NCBI GenBank assembly: GCA_027604505.1
Contig: JADIIX010000070.1
Coordinates: 1 to 64,000 of the forward strand
Length of the DNA: 64,000 nt
DNA from: Gonapodya sp. JEL0774
Taxonomy: Eukaryota
Direction of reading: 5' to 3'
Part shown: piece by piece, positions 39,684-51,869 of the stretch
How the letters are laid out: every line of letters begins with the position of its first letter
How positions within the stretch are numbered: position 1 is the first letter of the stretch
Program-made: the position numbers and the translations under genes
The notes under the pieces: generated by a model
Told to the model about the DNA's origin: nothing
What the model saw: the letters and a program-made list of their open reading frames with translations, nothing else
Database searches by the model: none

Positions 39684-42600
39684 ATGCGAGAAAACGCAGG
39701 ACTTCGTCGTGGACGTGGAAAATCGGGACGAGGGCGGGGAGAAGGGTTTGGGATTGTCGGACGAGGGAGAGCGTTGGTTGCGAATACAGGACGCAGTCAG
39801 GCCCCCAATGATATAGCAGACCGAAGAAACGTTGATTATGACACTCAAGGGCATGTCTTAGAAGCAGGAGACTCGACGGGCATTCAACGATCTCCTGTGG
39901 ACTTTCACAGTCCTCTCCAACCCACTTTACGGGGACCACCCGTGCAGGAATCAGGTTCGACACGGCAAAATCCGATTACAATTGTTGGAAAAGGAAAGTT
40001 TTTGCCTGGAGACTCGTTCGTAGTCGGCGCCTCGCAAAACGCAACATCCGACAATGAGGCGGGTCAGCCTCATTCAAAATCCCCTCAGGAGCGGTCACCA
40101 CAACTGCCGTCAATTGGAATCAACATAGTGGGCGCGGCAAGGAAGCCAGTAGCTCAAGCTTTCGGCGTTCATCGGAATGTGGGTTTACCTCCTCTCCATG
40201 TTGAATGGTAACCCTTTAACCAGACGCACGTTCTTGCAAACCTGCAGCCTTCCAGAATCGAGAGTGAATCAACAAAACTATCGCCGGTTTTGGAGTATAG
40301 TGTCGGCCCAATGACTACGGTGAGTTATCATGATGAGCGGTTGCTTTGCTTTATTGTAGCACGTTTTTGAATCCATGTCACTCAACCATTCTCTGTTCCC
40401 GGAAGCCGCCACCAAATCCACCATCGAACCCTCGCGAATCAAGTGATGGAGCTGTTCGTGGCCTCTCTCGCAAAACGTCCTCAGTCTGGGAGTCGAGGCC
40501 TCCTTCCTCGACTCATCCCGATATTCCCTATCGGCTCACGCACAGACAAGTGGAATCATCTTCTCCTTCTTCTCAACAATCGGCTTCCACCGTTACGTCT
40601 GTTGCGGCATCTCGACCGGATCCGGTGCTCGCCTCTTCGGCATTGGATACAGCTGGGAGTGAAGCAAAAACTGGTGTACTCTCGAGGCACGATGATTCCT
40701 CACTCACCGATGAACTTGCTGGAAGCAAGAACCGCGTCACCGCAGAAAGCTCGGTTGAAACGTCGACGCAACCTGCGCACGCTGGTGGTGGGTCTTCTTC
40801 AGGCCGAGTGGTATCACTCCGGGGAGCATTGAAGGGGTCTGCGAGAGGTAGAGGAAGGGGGAAGGGTGCTAACACCTCTGGAGTATCAGTGGGTTCAAGT
40901 CTGCCCCACGCTGGCATTCGACCCAACCAGGAGATTGACAGGTGAGGGCGTTAGCCCACTATTTTGATTTAACGAGCGTCTGTACTCATCCAAAATCCTT
41001 AGTGCTGTCGTACAAAACCACGAGGGTAACGTCACGTCTGGTTCTCTCTCCGCTTCAACCGCCCCTAGTACGTCTGTGGCAGTTCCACCAAATCAAGATT
41101 CAAAAGAACTCTCAGGTGGCGTTCAAACGTAAGTACATTTTCTTCGATTTTCTTGTGGATCCGTCTCATCTGCTCGATCCTATCTTCCCATGATGATCTA
41201 TATAGTCCTCAGAATTCGTTGATCGACTCTCAGCCGACAATAAACAATTCCTCTCTCCGTACTCCTCCTCGGTCAATGTCCCCTCGACCTACAATCTCAC
41301 GTTCCCCATCAACAACCCGCCGCTCGATTCGTTCGCCCCGAGCATCCCGATCCCCCTTACATTCTGCACAGCCAGACCGTTCAGGATCCCCAATTCAATC
41401 GCAACGGAACCATGGACGAAAACTAAGTGGCGTGCAAAGCCCCAATGCGCCTTCGAATCAAGCAAGCCGGCGTGCGTCGCCAACGAGCGCAGGCATCGAG
41501 GAGCACGACGGGAATGATGGACGATCTGGGGACCGTACAAATCCGAAGCCTTCCTTCAGTCCGGAATGGAGTGCGAACGTACACACAGTAGGAGTGACTG
41601 GAGAAAGTCGTCGAGATTCCGGTCGCCGTGGAAGGCGCGTGAGCCGGTGGGACTCCGAGAGAAAACCCAACGACAGTCAGGAAAGATGGGAGACTCACCG
41701 GAACCGCGATCAGCGTCTCTTGGATAAAAGCAATGCGCGGGGTGCGTCTCGATCTTCTCTAGCTCCTCCCCGGTCACGGTCAACCTCAAGGTCTGGCTTG
41801 GATGCGCCGTTTTTGTCCGCGCCTTCACTCTCAAGTTTGGACCCGAATTCTTATATCTTGAGGGAATACACTGCCAAAGATAGAGAGAGGGACAGAGTTT
41901 TGGACGAGTCGTTAAGTGGAGGGGCCCGAGTTGTTCAACCTCGCAACAGCGGATTAGACCGCCAGGACAAAGACGCTGACGGTGATGGGAATGTTCCACC
42001 CAGAGTCTCTGGTGATGAAGATCGGATGGAAGCAGAAGTTGGCGTACTGCCTGGAGATTTTGATGATTCCAGAGTATCGATAAGCGAGCATACGGCTGTG
42101 AGCCCGAGGAACGTTGAGCATGGTCGCTCTTTGGAAGTTGAAAGAGCCGCAGGAGAACAGAAATCGGAACGCAACATAGCTCTCGGGGAGAGAACTGGCG
42201 AGGGCAGCAGTGGTGCTTTGAAAATCTCAGTAGTAACAGGCCCTGATGATAACAAGTCTACCGGAGATTCTGCTTTACGAGACAGCAGTCGAATCGACGA
42301 GAGCTCTCATTTTGCGCAAAGTTGGGATTCAGAATCAGATGCTAGGACAGAATCGCCGTACCAACAATTGCGAGTTCATGGGGGTGGTGCCCTCAGACGT
42401 GTTTCCCCTCCGCGATCTGATGAAAGTAGTGGGCCCTGGCATCGCGGCAGAGAACCTCAGTCGTCATTGCAAAGGGGAGGACTAACCTCTCGTCAATCGA
42501 GATGGGGTCCTTCTCCGCACTTCGCAGATCATCGTGTCTTCGAAATACATGAACGTAAGGCTGTGCACGATCACCGTAGCATGCCACCATACCCGCGGAA

Positions 42601-45600
42601 AGACTTGGATGTTCCGATCAAAGTGGATTCAGTCGCTCTGGACGCTTCAATATCGAAGGATGCTACCGACTCTCAGCAGCTTCCAGCCGTCATATCCCGT
42701 GGGCGTGAATCGAAGTCGACGGAACGGGAGGATGAACAAATGGAGGACATATCCCCAGCAATTTCACCACTGCGAGTGGTTACGACAGGCTCGCACCGTT
42801 CGACAATTGAAAAAGGCGATAAGGAGTGTTTGGAGATGTCCATGGATGTCCACCCTCCCAGTGAGTGTATTTTCTCCGGCTTGCTTAACACATGTGGCGC
42901 ACCTGTCTGAAACAAATCCCGCGAACCATCTGTAGTGAGTTCAACCGTCCCCGCCGCGTTGGAGCAAGAAATTTCAAACTTCGTCAGTGCTGCCCAGCCA
43001 GAAAGTGATGTGCTCGAGCCAGAGATCCGTTCAAAGTCTCTGGATCCTCGTCCTCCCATCTCCGTGACCCTACGCACAATGCCTCCCCCTGCGTATTCTG
43101 TTGTGAACCTCGATAACGCAGAGGAGGAAGTCGATTATGGAATTGATGAGGACGAAGAATCAACCTCACAGCTCATGATGAGTTCTGTCCCAAGCTCCTC
43201 AAATGCAGATTTCGATAATGATCCGTCACGACGCCACGATCTCAAACCCTCTCATTCATTGAATTCGGTTAATGGTGCTACTGAAATAATTTACCCTAAT
43301 GACAACAAAACGGGTTCAAACTTGGAAGGTTCCAATGTATCCTCGAAAGTCGGACTTCCCCTGAATCAAACAGTCGAAGGTCTCACATCGCCTCAACCAA
43401 TTGCAACTAGCGACTCCGAAAACGTATCAGGTGCGATTGAATCACAGTTTGCAACAATGATTATCTCATTCACCGCTGGCATTGCAGACCTTCATTTTAG
43501 CGACAATGTTTTGAAGCTGCGTGCTTTTCTGAAGGATTTGTATCCTAATCACCAGAATGACTTTGATGCGAAGCTTCTGTCAACCTTCCTACTAAGTGTA
43601 GAAGCACAAAGTGGATCCACGTCGCACCCAGAGTCTCTTTCAGTGACGGGCTTTGTCTACGACGGTAAACGGACTGCGGGGTCAGGGCATGACACAGACA
43701 AACGGAGAATTCAGTCGGCTGATTGTGATATTGGGGAGCCGTCGAGTGAGGATTACACCCACGAGATGTTCCACGTGATAGCACTGTTGTGGACATTGAG
43801 TCATGCATTTTTATTTCAATCCAGGTATTTCGCATTTGTCGTTGGCATCCCCGAATGGCTTGTCACTTTCACGCTCTCCGGACGCTGTTGGCCACACCAC
43901 CCCGAGTCTGGGCAAAAGGACAGCCGGGGATGAGCTTGAGAATGGGGAAAGGAAGCGTGCGCGGCGCGAAGAACTAGATTCTATCCTTTTCGCTCAATCA
44001 CTGCCACGTCCATTCGACGAAGTGGAGCGAATATTGTCCAACCGTGATCGCAGCTTAGAGGATGCCGTTGCTGTTGTGGAGAGTTTGAATACGTCTGGTA
44101 GTGCCTCACCTAATTTATTGTCCCGGTTGCTTGGTGAAGCTTTTCTCCGTTCATCCAGTTCAAGTCTGATAGAACGCGTCACGCAACTGCTTGATGGGAA
44201 CACGACATGGACTCTTAGTGATGCTATAGTAGTGCAGATAACCACAAGTCAAGAGCTTTTTCGGGATAAAGGCGTTGAACCATGGAGAAAACTATTCTGG
44301 CTTATTCGCAGAAAATCGTACGTGATGCCGGATCAAGTTGCATTCGCAATGGCGGACGCTCTTAGTCGTTACGAGGCCGTCGACGATCTTTTGGAGTTCT
44401 ACAGATATATCATGACAACAACGCCTGCAGAACGGACTCCGTCCTATCTCAAGGAAGTGCTTTTCACACTTCTGGACTTGACCGAGAAGAGACAGTGGTG
44501 GGATGCGGCCGTCGAGCTTGCCGATACAATCTTCGCATGCAACAGCAAGTTCGAGAGGGACCGTTTCTCACCTATTTTGAGAGGGGTCTGTCGAGCTCGT
44601 AGACTGGACTTGGCGGATCGGCTCTTTGAAAGCTTGAAACAAAGGGGTCTTCACCGCGAATTTTTTGAAGACATGCTGTCGCTGACTGCCACTCCAAGTA
44701 CTGCGCAAAGAGCGTTGCAGCTTATAAAGGACATGATTGAGTCTGGTATGAGACCTACCCACCGACAGCTAGCACTCGTGAAGGGTGCTTGCACTGCAGC
44801 AGGAACCACTGCGAGATTTATCACGGTTTGGCAAGAAACGTTGCATAAATTCAGCTCCAGAATCGACGTGGAAATGGATCTCTGTTCGGAAGTGGTCGAG
44901 ATGTGTTTAAGTGCCCAACTGTACCCGCAGGCCTTTTGGACAGTATCATTCATGAAAACAAGGAACTTTGATCTCCACAGGGTTTTCCAAGCCATCCTCG
45001 CTTCTATTCCAGCAGGACTGCGGGTGCCGGACCCCTTAACACTGGCTCTTGATATTAGGAGCCTTGGTCTTACTCTGTCCGATCAGGAGCGTTCTTTCTT
45101 TGTTACTTTGCTCGAGGAGATGAATGCTTTCGAGGAGGCCGCTCACTTCCTCACCGTCCCCTCTTTATCAGATGCATTGATTGATCTGGTATGTTGAGTA
45201 AATTCGTAACTACCGGTTCTCCGACCTCAACTCATTCGAGCAAAGGTCACTCCAACTCGGATTTTGCGTGTACTCGCGAATGCAGTTCCTTTTGAGGCGC
45301 TTGCCTTCCTATTGAGGCATCCTCGCCTTACGTACGACTGGCATGACCTTGCAAAACTTGTGGATTACCTGGTGAAGACCACAACCTCGTCCTCACATAT
45401 TCACGACATTTGGGAACAACACCTTTCTGGAGAGTTGACGTATATCCCGTCAATAGAGGTCGTTAGAAGTTTGATCGAACACACAGTACAGGGTGGTGAC
45501 TGGAAATCACTCAAGATGCTTATCTCAAAATTACGAGTTCGCAAGGCTCCTGCTTCGGCTTCCCAAATTCGCTTGATTTTACATGCATTAGAGTTTCATT

Positions 45601-47383
45601 ATGAGGAACCGGAAGCACGCGCAGCAGCATTTGAGGTAATTTCAGAATAGTTCTCGGAAGTTTATTCGCACTAAAGGTTGCCAAATCCGGATCTGTGGAC
45701 AGGCTTATTGCTGGGGTTGCGAACGACACGAACTCGGCAAACTAAGTGCTCCCAATTTGATTCAGAATGCTTGTCTTCATCTTGATTCTGTTTCCACTGT
45801 ACTCGAAGCTCGAATGTGCGCAGTACGCGCGTTGGAGTTCTTGAAGTCTTTGGGCTCTGAACACGTCAGAAGTTCTCTGGATGCAATTAATCGAAAGAAT
45901 TACGATCGTTTGATGGCCGGGCAAAACTGGTTTCATGCGCGTAACCATGGCATCCAATTCATACCCCCATCTACTCTCTTTGCAAAGGGACAGAATCTCA
46001 CCGTAACATCTCACATTCTTTCGGTTTTGCAAAAGATGCTGGAAGATATGGTACCACCATTATCTTCGACATTCAAGGTTGGATCTCGTCCGCTTCTGTA
46101 CGTGGATGGACCAGTTCTTCAGAAATGGTTCCGAGAGATTGGTGCTAATTGGAGTGCAGGATCCCTATGTGCAATCCTGGAGAGCGTACCATCCTTGTTG
46201 CTTTTGCCGTTTGATGTGAGCACCAGTACATACCTTTTCTGGTAATCAGAGTGTTCATGCAGATATTCGTGTACCAGGATCATCCGGAAATTGATTTTTC
46301 TGGAGAAGAGTCTACCTTGACGCCAGTTGACAGACACTGGCGTACCCGAGATAAAGTGACTTCACCAGGGTTTGACCGACCTCCTTCCGAAACTAGACCA
46401 GCAGCTCCATCACCCGAAGACTCAAATCTGCGTGTCGATGCGACACGGGTGTTGAATATCGTGCAAGACGAGAAGCCTCCTCAAGGAGGCGTAGCAACTT
46501 GGCCAGTCATGTCACCGCCCTTCGTAAAACCAACGGAACGAGAGTTCAGGCACAAAGTAGTGGAGATATTCAAAACCAGACTCGAGGTTTATCGGATCTC
46601 AGGTCGCATTGGCACCAGGGTAAGAAAGCTGCTGATAGGACTTTGATTACTTAAGATTTACTTTACGATTTCCTGCAGGAGGCGTTCAAAAACATTTGCA
46701 AAACCCTCTCGGAGGACTTCATCACAAAGCGCATGACCGCATTTTTCGCTTTGTCAGTGCCGCCGTCTGAATACGAGGCGAATCTCGAAAGCGAAATCAG
46801 CTCTATTGTGGACTCTGAACTACAGAGCTTTACAGTGAACACGCCATATTCGGAAAGTGGCGGAACAGGGCTGGGCTCCGCACAATTCAGTGTTGAAATC
46901 GCTTCCGAAAGGAAGCACCAAGATGGCACCTTGTCCAAGGTTGTTCAAGGACCTCGTGCTTCCGATGCGGCCTGGATGCCGGTCGATGCATCCACAACGA
47001 GCAAAGATAGTCGTTCTGCTTGGGAACCGCGAGATTCGTCCCCCCGGCGCGGTAAGGAGGGTGTGTTGCATGGTGCGGATCGAGTAGCGGAGATGGGAGA
47101 ACGCTCGCGTCGCTCGTCGAGACCAGCGCACGATGGAAGTCCACCACCGTATCAGCGAGACGAACAGAGAGATCTGAATTCTTTCCGGAGAGATTACAGC
47201 AACTCGAGAGATCGCACCACTGCTGATGCGGAAAGGGAAAGTTCAAGTCGCGGACGCGGGGACAGGTCGAGAGGTCGACATGGTCACTCGCGGCGGCCAA
47301 ATCAAGGCCGAGATTGGGAGGATAGGCACGGTTCGCGTGGGGGATCCTCCTGGAATCCTGATTGGCGGAAGTCTCGCCAATAG
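39684..47383 (+). CDS. Very large protein: disordered R/S-rich N-terminus, PPR-like helical repeats, Smr-like/TOPAZ1-like domain, SRI-like domain, RS/RG-rich tail (start approximate)
   Basis: Consecutive + strand ORFs joined by GT-AG introns. PPR-like FSPILRGVCRARRLDLADRLFESLKQRGL and ALQLIKDMIESGMRP. SRI-like FRHKVVEIFKTRLEVYRISGRIGTR|EAFKNICKTLSEDFITK. Confidence 0.7.
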
Positions 47384-47565
47384 GTGTAAATATCACGGAG
47401 ACATCATCATGGCAATATCGGTTACTGTCCAATCTTACATAATACTACTGGCATTCATCAAGAGGTCAATTTGAAGATCCACTTGTTCATGGTTGCGACA
47501 CTTTTCTCACGTTGATGTGGATTATTGGCAGAGGTACAATTTCACAATTACTTTCATATACACCT

Positions 47566-50500
47566 TTACTCCGATGAAGTCTGCACCAGGCGTGTTACTT
47601 TGCCGATTGCAACGGTGCGACCTAGAAAAGGAACCAGCGGATTAATCTTGTCCGTGTCAACCGTTGGAACACGAATCTCTTGACCAACCTTCATCTCTCA
47701 ATGTCAGCCTACCCAATTGTGCATGTTCAGCGTAGGGCTCCGCGCAAATCGCCTGCCCACTCGTCGTTTCAATCGTGACGATGGCAGCGTCACCCTGCTT
47801 TAGGAATTTCGGGGGATGCTTGGACTTCTTTCCTGACTTCTTATCAAGAATGTGAAGGAGATCCTAGTGGGAAGTGTTGACACCGAAGCAATGTCGGCAC
47901 AGTGTCGGCACTCTTTCCAATTTGAGCAATGTTAAGCAAACCAACCAACCTTCAGAGATACTTCCTCGACAACTGTGTGCATGTGCAAAACTGCTGTGTA
48001 ACCAGCGCAAATGATGGTCTTTGTATCCATGATAACCAGCTGGCACTCGAAAGTATTCGCAGTGTGCACAGGGTTGTTAGGCGAGCAAAGGACAAAGCCG
48101 GAGAGGGCATCCTTCATAGACACAATCCACTCTGTCACATCGGTATCATTTGATGATAAACCACGCATGCCTTCTCACCTCTTCCTCCACGTTCTTGAGA
48201 CGGATGCGGACATTGTCTCCTGCTACTGCAAATTGCTTTTCTTCCTCCTCTTCCATAATCGCCATCACTTCAGTGGGTTTCTGCAGTAGCATATGCTTTG
48301 AAATGTCATCCGACACAAATGTGGCACACAAACACCCACCCTGTTCGGCATAATCATCAGCTGCGATCCCTTGCGTATCTTTCCTGACTCAATCTTTCCT
48401 GTGACAACAGTACCCATATCTTTGAACTTATCTGCAACGGGCATGAGGAATGGCCCATCGACTTTGCGATCCGCCGGGAGTTTGAGTGTGTCCAGCAGTT
48501 CAATGAGCGACGGACCTCTGTTCGAAATGAAAAAGAATACGAGGGGTGTAAACATGACTTTTCCATCCCGAAGCGTTCCAGATGAAGACAGCAAACACAA
48601 TGGCTCACGTGTACCAAGAGACTTTCGCAGGGTCAAGCCTATCCTTCATGTTCTCACCGGTGAATCCAGAGAGAGGAAGTATGTCGACATCTGTTCACAA
48701 ACGTGAATCGGGCGAGACGATCATGTCATCGGCGTGGGAACATAGAGCATGTCGTCCGTACACACCGGTCTTTGGGTTGAACCCAACTTGTTTCAAGAAC
48801 GGCACAAGCTTCCCCACAATTTCATCAAACCTGTCAAAGCGCTTTGTTAACAAACACAAAACTACTCCCCAACGTTGTGATAAGACGCACCGTCCCTTGT
48901 CCCATCCAACCGTGATATCGTCCATCTTATTGATAGCCACAACCAACCGCTTCACTCCAGCCGTCTTGACCAGCATTGCGTGTTCGCGAGTCTGACCACC
49001 CCTCTCGAATCCTGTCTCGAACTCCCCCTTACGGGCGGATATGACCAAGACGGCGACGTCTGCTTGACCAGCCCCAGCGATCATGGAGGGTACGTACGTT
49101 TTATGACCTAACATTGATGCAAATCACGACGTAAAACGTTTTCAGTAAGCCTCCTGCTCCTTACGGCCTGCAACAAATAATTGCAAAAAGTCCACATCCG
49201 ACTCACCTGGGGCATCTAAGATTGTGAATCTCCGATTTTCCGTCTCGAAATAACCCCTGCCGTACTCGATCGTCTTTCCTTGCGCGCGCTCCTCTGGGTT
49301 CAAGTCCATGGCCCAAGATATCCACCAACCTTCGCGACCGGCGTCCTTCGCTTCCTTCTCGAGTTTTTCAATGGTACGCTTGTCCACCATGTTAGTGAGA
49401 ATGCTAAAGACGGAAGGGTCGGACCGTTCAATGAAATGAATAGTCGGCATATGGGTCAACACGGAAACGAACTCTCAATGGCCCTTCCAGGAATTTCAGA
49501 TTCCGAGCAGTTGCGCATTCCTGACAACAGGCATTTGAATGGGGCGGCAGCCTCCGACGGGATGTCTCAGAAACACAATGTGTCTCCACTTCTGCGCTTT
49601 CCTGCCCGTCCCGATCCCCTGTCCCCTTCGTGCCACCCTTTCCACATGCGACGAACTCGAAGAGACTTCAGACTGCTAGAAACCCACAGTAGCTGTCCAC
49701 CCATTGTACTTTTCCCTGCATCAACATGACCAATAAAAACAATGTTCATGTGCTCCTTGCGATTCTCTGGCACCGTAAAGTCCTCGTCCTTTTTCTTTGG
49801 TGCGGATGGTTGAGAAGCCGGTGTGGTGGAAGACGAGGTGGCACCGGCGGAGGAATTCGCGGAGGGCTTGGAGGAGGTTGAGGGAGCGGTGGCGGGTTTG
49901 GCGGCAGTAGCGGTTTTAGGGGTGTCAGCTGTGAAAAATACGGGGAGGATGGAGTGAAGGCGGTGCGCGGTTAGACACAAAGAGCTTTCAAGTCGAAATC
50001 TTGTTGAAGGAGTAGGGTGTTCTCGCGATAGAGGAGAAGGTAGGCCAACATTTGAGGGTGCAAAGGAGATCGTGCCTTCCTAAAAGACCTAGTGCGTGCC
50101 CTCCTACAAGACCTTATTCTCTTGACTCGGCAACAAAACACAGAATGTACATTCCCTGTCACGGCATCACCCCACGCTAATCCAGCCCATTCACCAAGTG
50201 CCGTCCACCATCCTTAGAGTCCAGACATACGCACTCTTTGGTTCTGCGGCCTTCGTCTCCGTGGCAGTAGGAGTTTTCGTCTCGCTCGCGGCAGCAGCGG
50301 GAGCTTTGGAGGCCCCACCACCCAAGCTCACCACCCTTGCTCCTCCAGTCCCCAGAGAAACCTTTTGGGCGGCGGGGGCGGGTGCCGGTGCCGGTGCAGA
50401 AGAGGGCGCCGCAGACCCGTACTGCTGCTGCTGGTATCCGGACGACATACCGACGTCTCGAGATTCGCGGGGTGCAGGTTGGTATTGCTGGAATGAGTTC

Positions 50501-50775
50501 TGGTGGTAGTTGGGGGGGTATGCCTGTTGGTGCCCGTATCCCCCTTGGCCGCCGTAGGCCCCCGCTCCGTATCCTCCCTGTCCGCCCTGCTGGTAGCCAT
50601 ACTGTTGTTGTGGGTAGTAGCCGTACTGCTGCTGCTGGGGTGGGTATTGGTAGTACTGGTGTTGGCCACCCTGACCTTGCCCCTGGCCATTCACGTTAAT
50701 TTCCTGCGGGTCCGCGTCCCAGGTTGGAACGAATTCATGAGCGTTTGGGTTGTAGTTGGGGTTCCAGCCTGACAT
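47566..50775 (-). CDS. SUP35: Translation termination factor eRF3/Sup35 with Q/Y/G-rich N-domain
   Basis: [70 protein letters not shown]-terminal [14 protein letters not shown]. Confidence 0.97.
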
Positions 50776-51869
50776 TTTGAATCCTATGTTCCAGATTATA
50801 AAGGATCGAGAGGTGAAGTTGGCTGAGGTTCCAAATCGAGTCTAGAGGGCAAAACAACGCTTCGGGCACTCAAGGAAGCAAGAGCCGACAAGAATGCTAT
50901 GCCGCGAGCGATAAAAGGCCTAGAGTGACCGAGATTCCAGAAGCCAGAGCGGGAGCAAGTGTCGCCAAACGACGCAATTCGAAAGCAGTTGAACGACACG
51001 TCAGCGTGACGGCAAAACGCATCAGAACCGGTCCCAAGATGTCACACAAGGCGTCGAATCCTTACAGGCGAAGTTTCCGTTGTTCACTGGTTTCCTGGGG
51101 ACTAAGGAACTGCCCTAGGAGAGATTTCTCTAAACTCGCTGGACTTTGCGTCCTACCCGTAGTCGTTCACAGCATTCGCCAACTCGCGGAGCGACTGCAC
51201 AAACACTTTCTTGGAACAGCTAACAAAACGTTAGCTTGAAACAGAACTTGTCGGCGGGATTTTGAGCGTGCCCTTCAACCCATCGAACATTCGCAAGCAA
51301 ACCCACGGCATGACACTCCTGAGTCAGTTTTGAATGGAGTTATGTACATATTTTGTTTTTATTGATGTCCAGATACATAGTATGAGTATGGAATAGCAGA
51401 ATTCCCGAATTTGGAAGAAAATGTGCCGTATATATGGCAACGCGGCTCCTACAGTTCCCCACAGCCATTCTCGCCAATCCATACAATCAAAATAGCACGC
51501 GGGCCACGATCGCACAATCTAATCCTATATCTGCAAATCTGTAACTTCACAGACGGAACGGCGGAATCGGAGAGGCGAGCTTGGACCCGAAAACCTCTCA
51601 AAATGAAGTTATGTGAGTTCACCCATCGAACATGCTGGCGAACTTAAAAGCCCCGTAGGAAGACATCCATACTGTGCAAATCTAATCAACGAATAGCCTG
51701 GAAACGCTGGGAGGGCCCTGTATGGGTTGAACGTATATTGGTTTGGAGGGTCAATTTTGACAATCGGGCAAGATTTCTTGATTCTATTGAGCTTCCGGTT
51801 CTGCCATACTTATGATGCCCATTCCTTCAATTGTGTCTCTCAGACCGCGCTTTCTTGACAGGGCACCGA

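Noticed and set aside
45674..45676. Additional AAG acceptor candidate
   Set aside because: It leads to a stop; the CAG at ~45702 gives the continuous frame.
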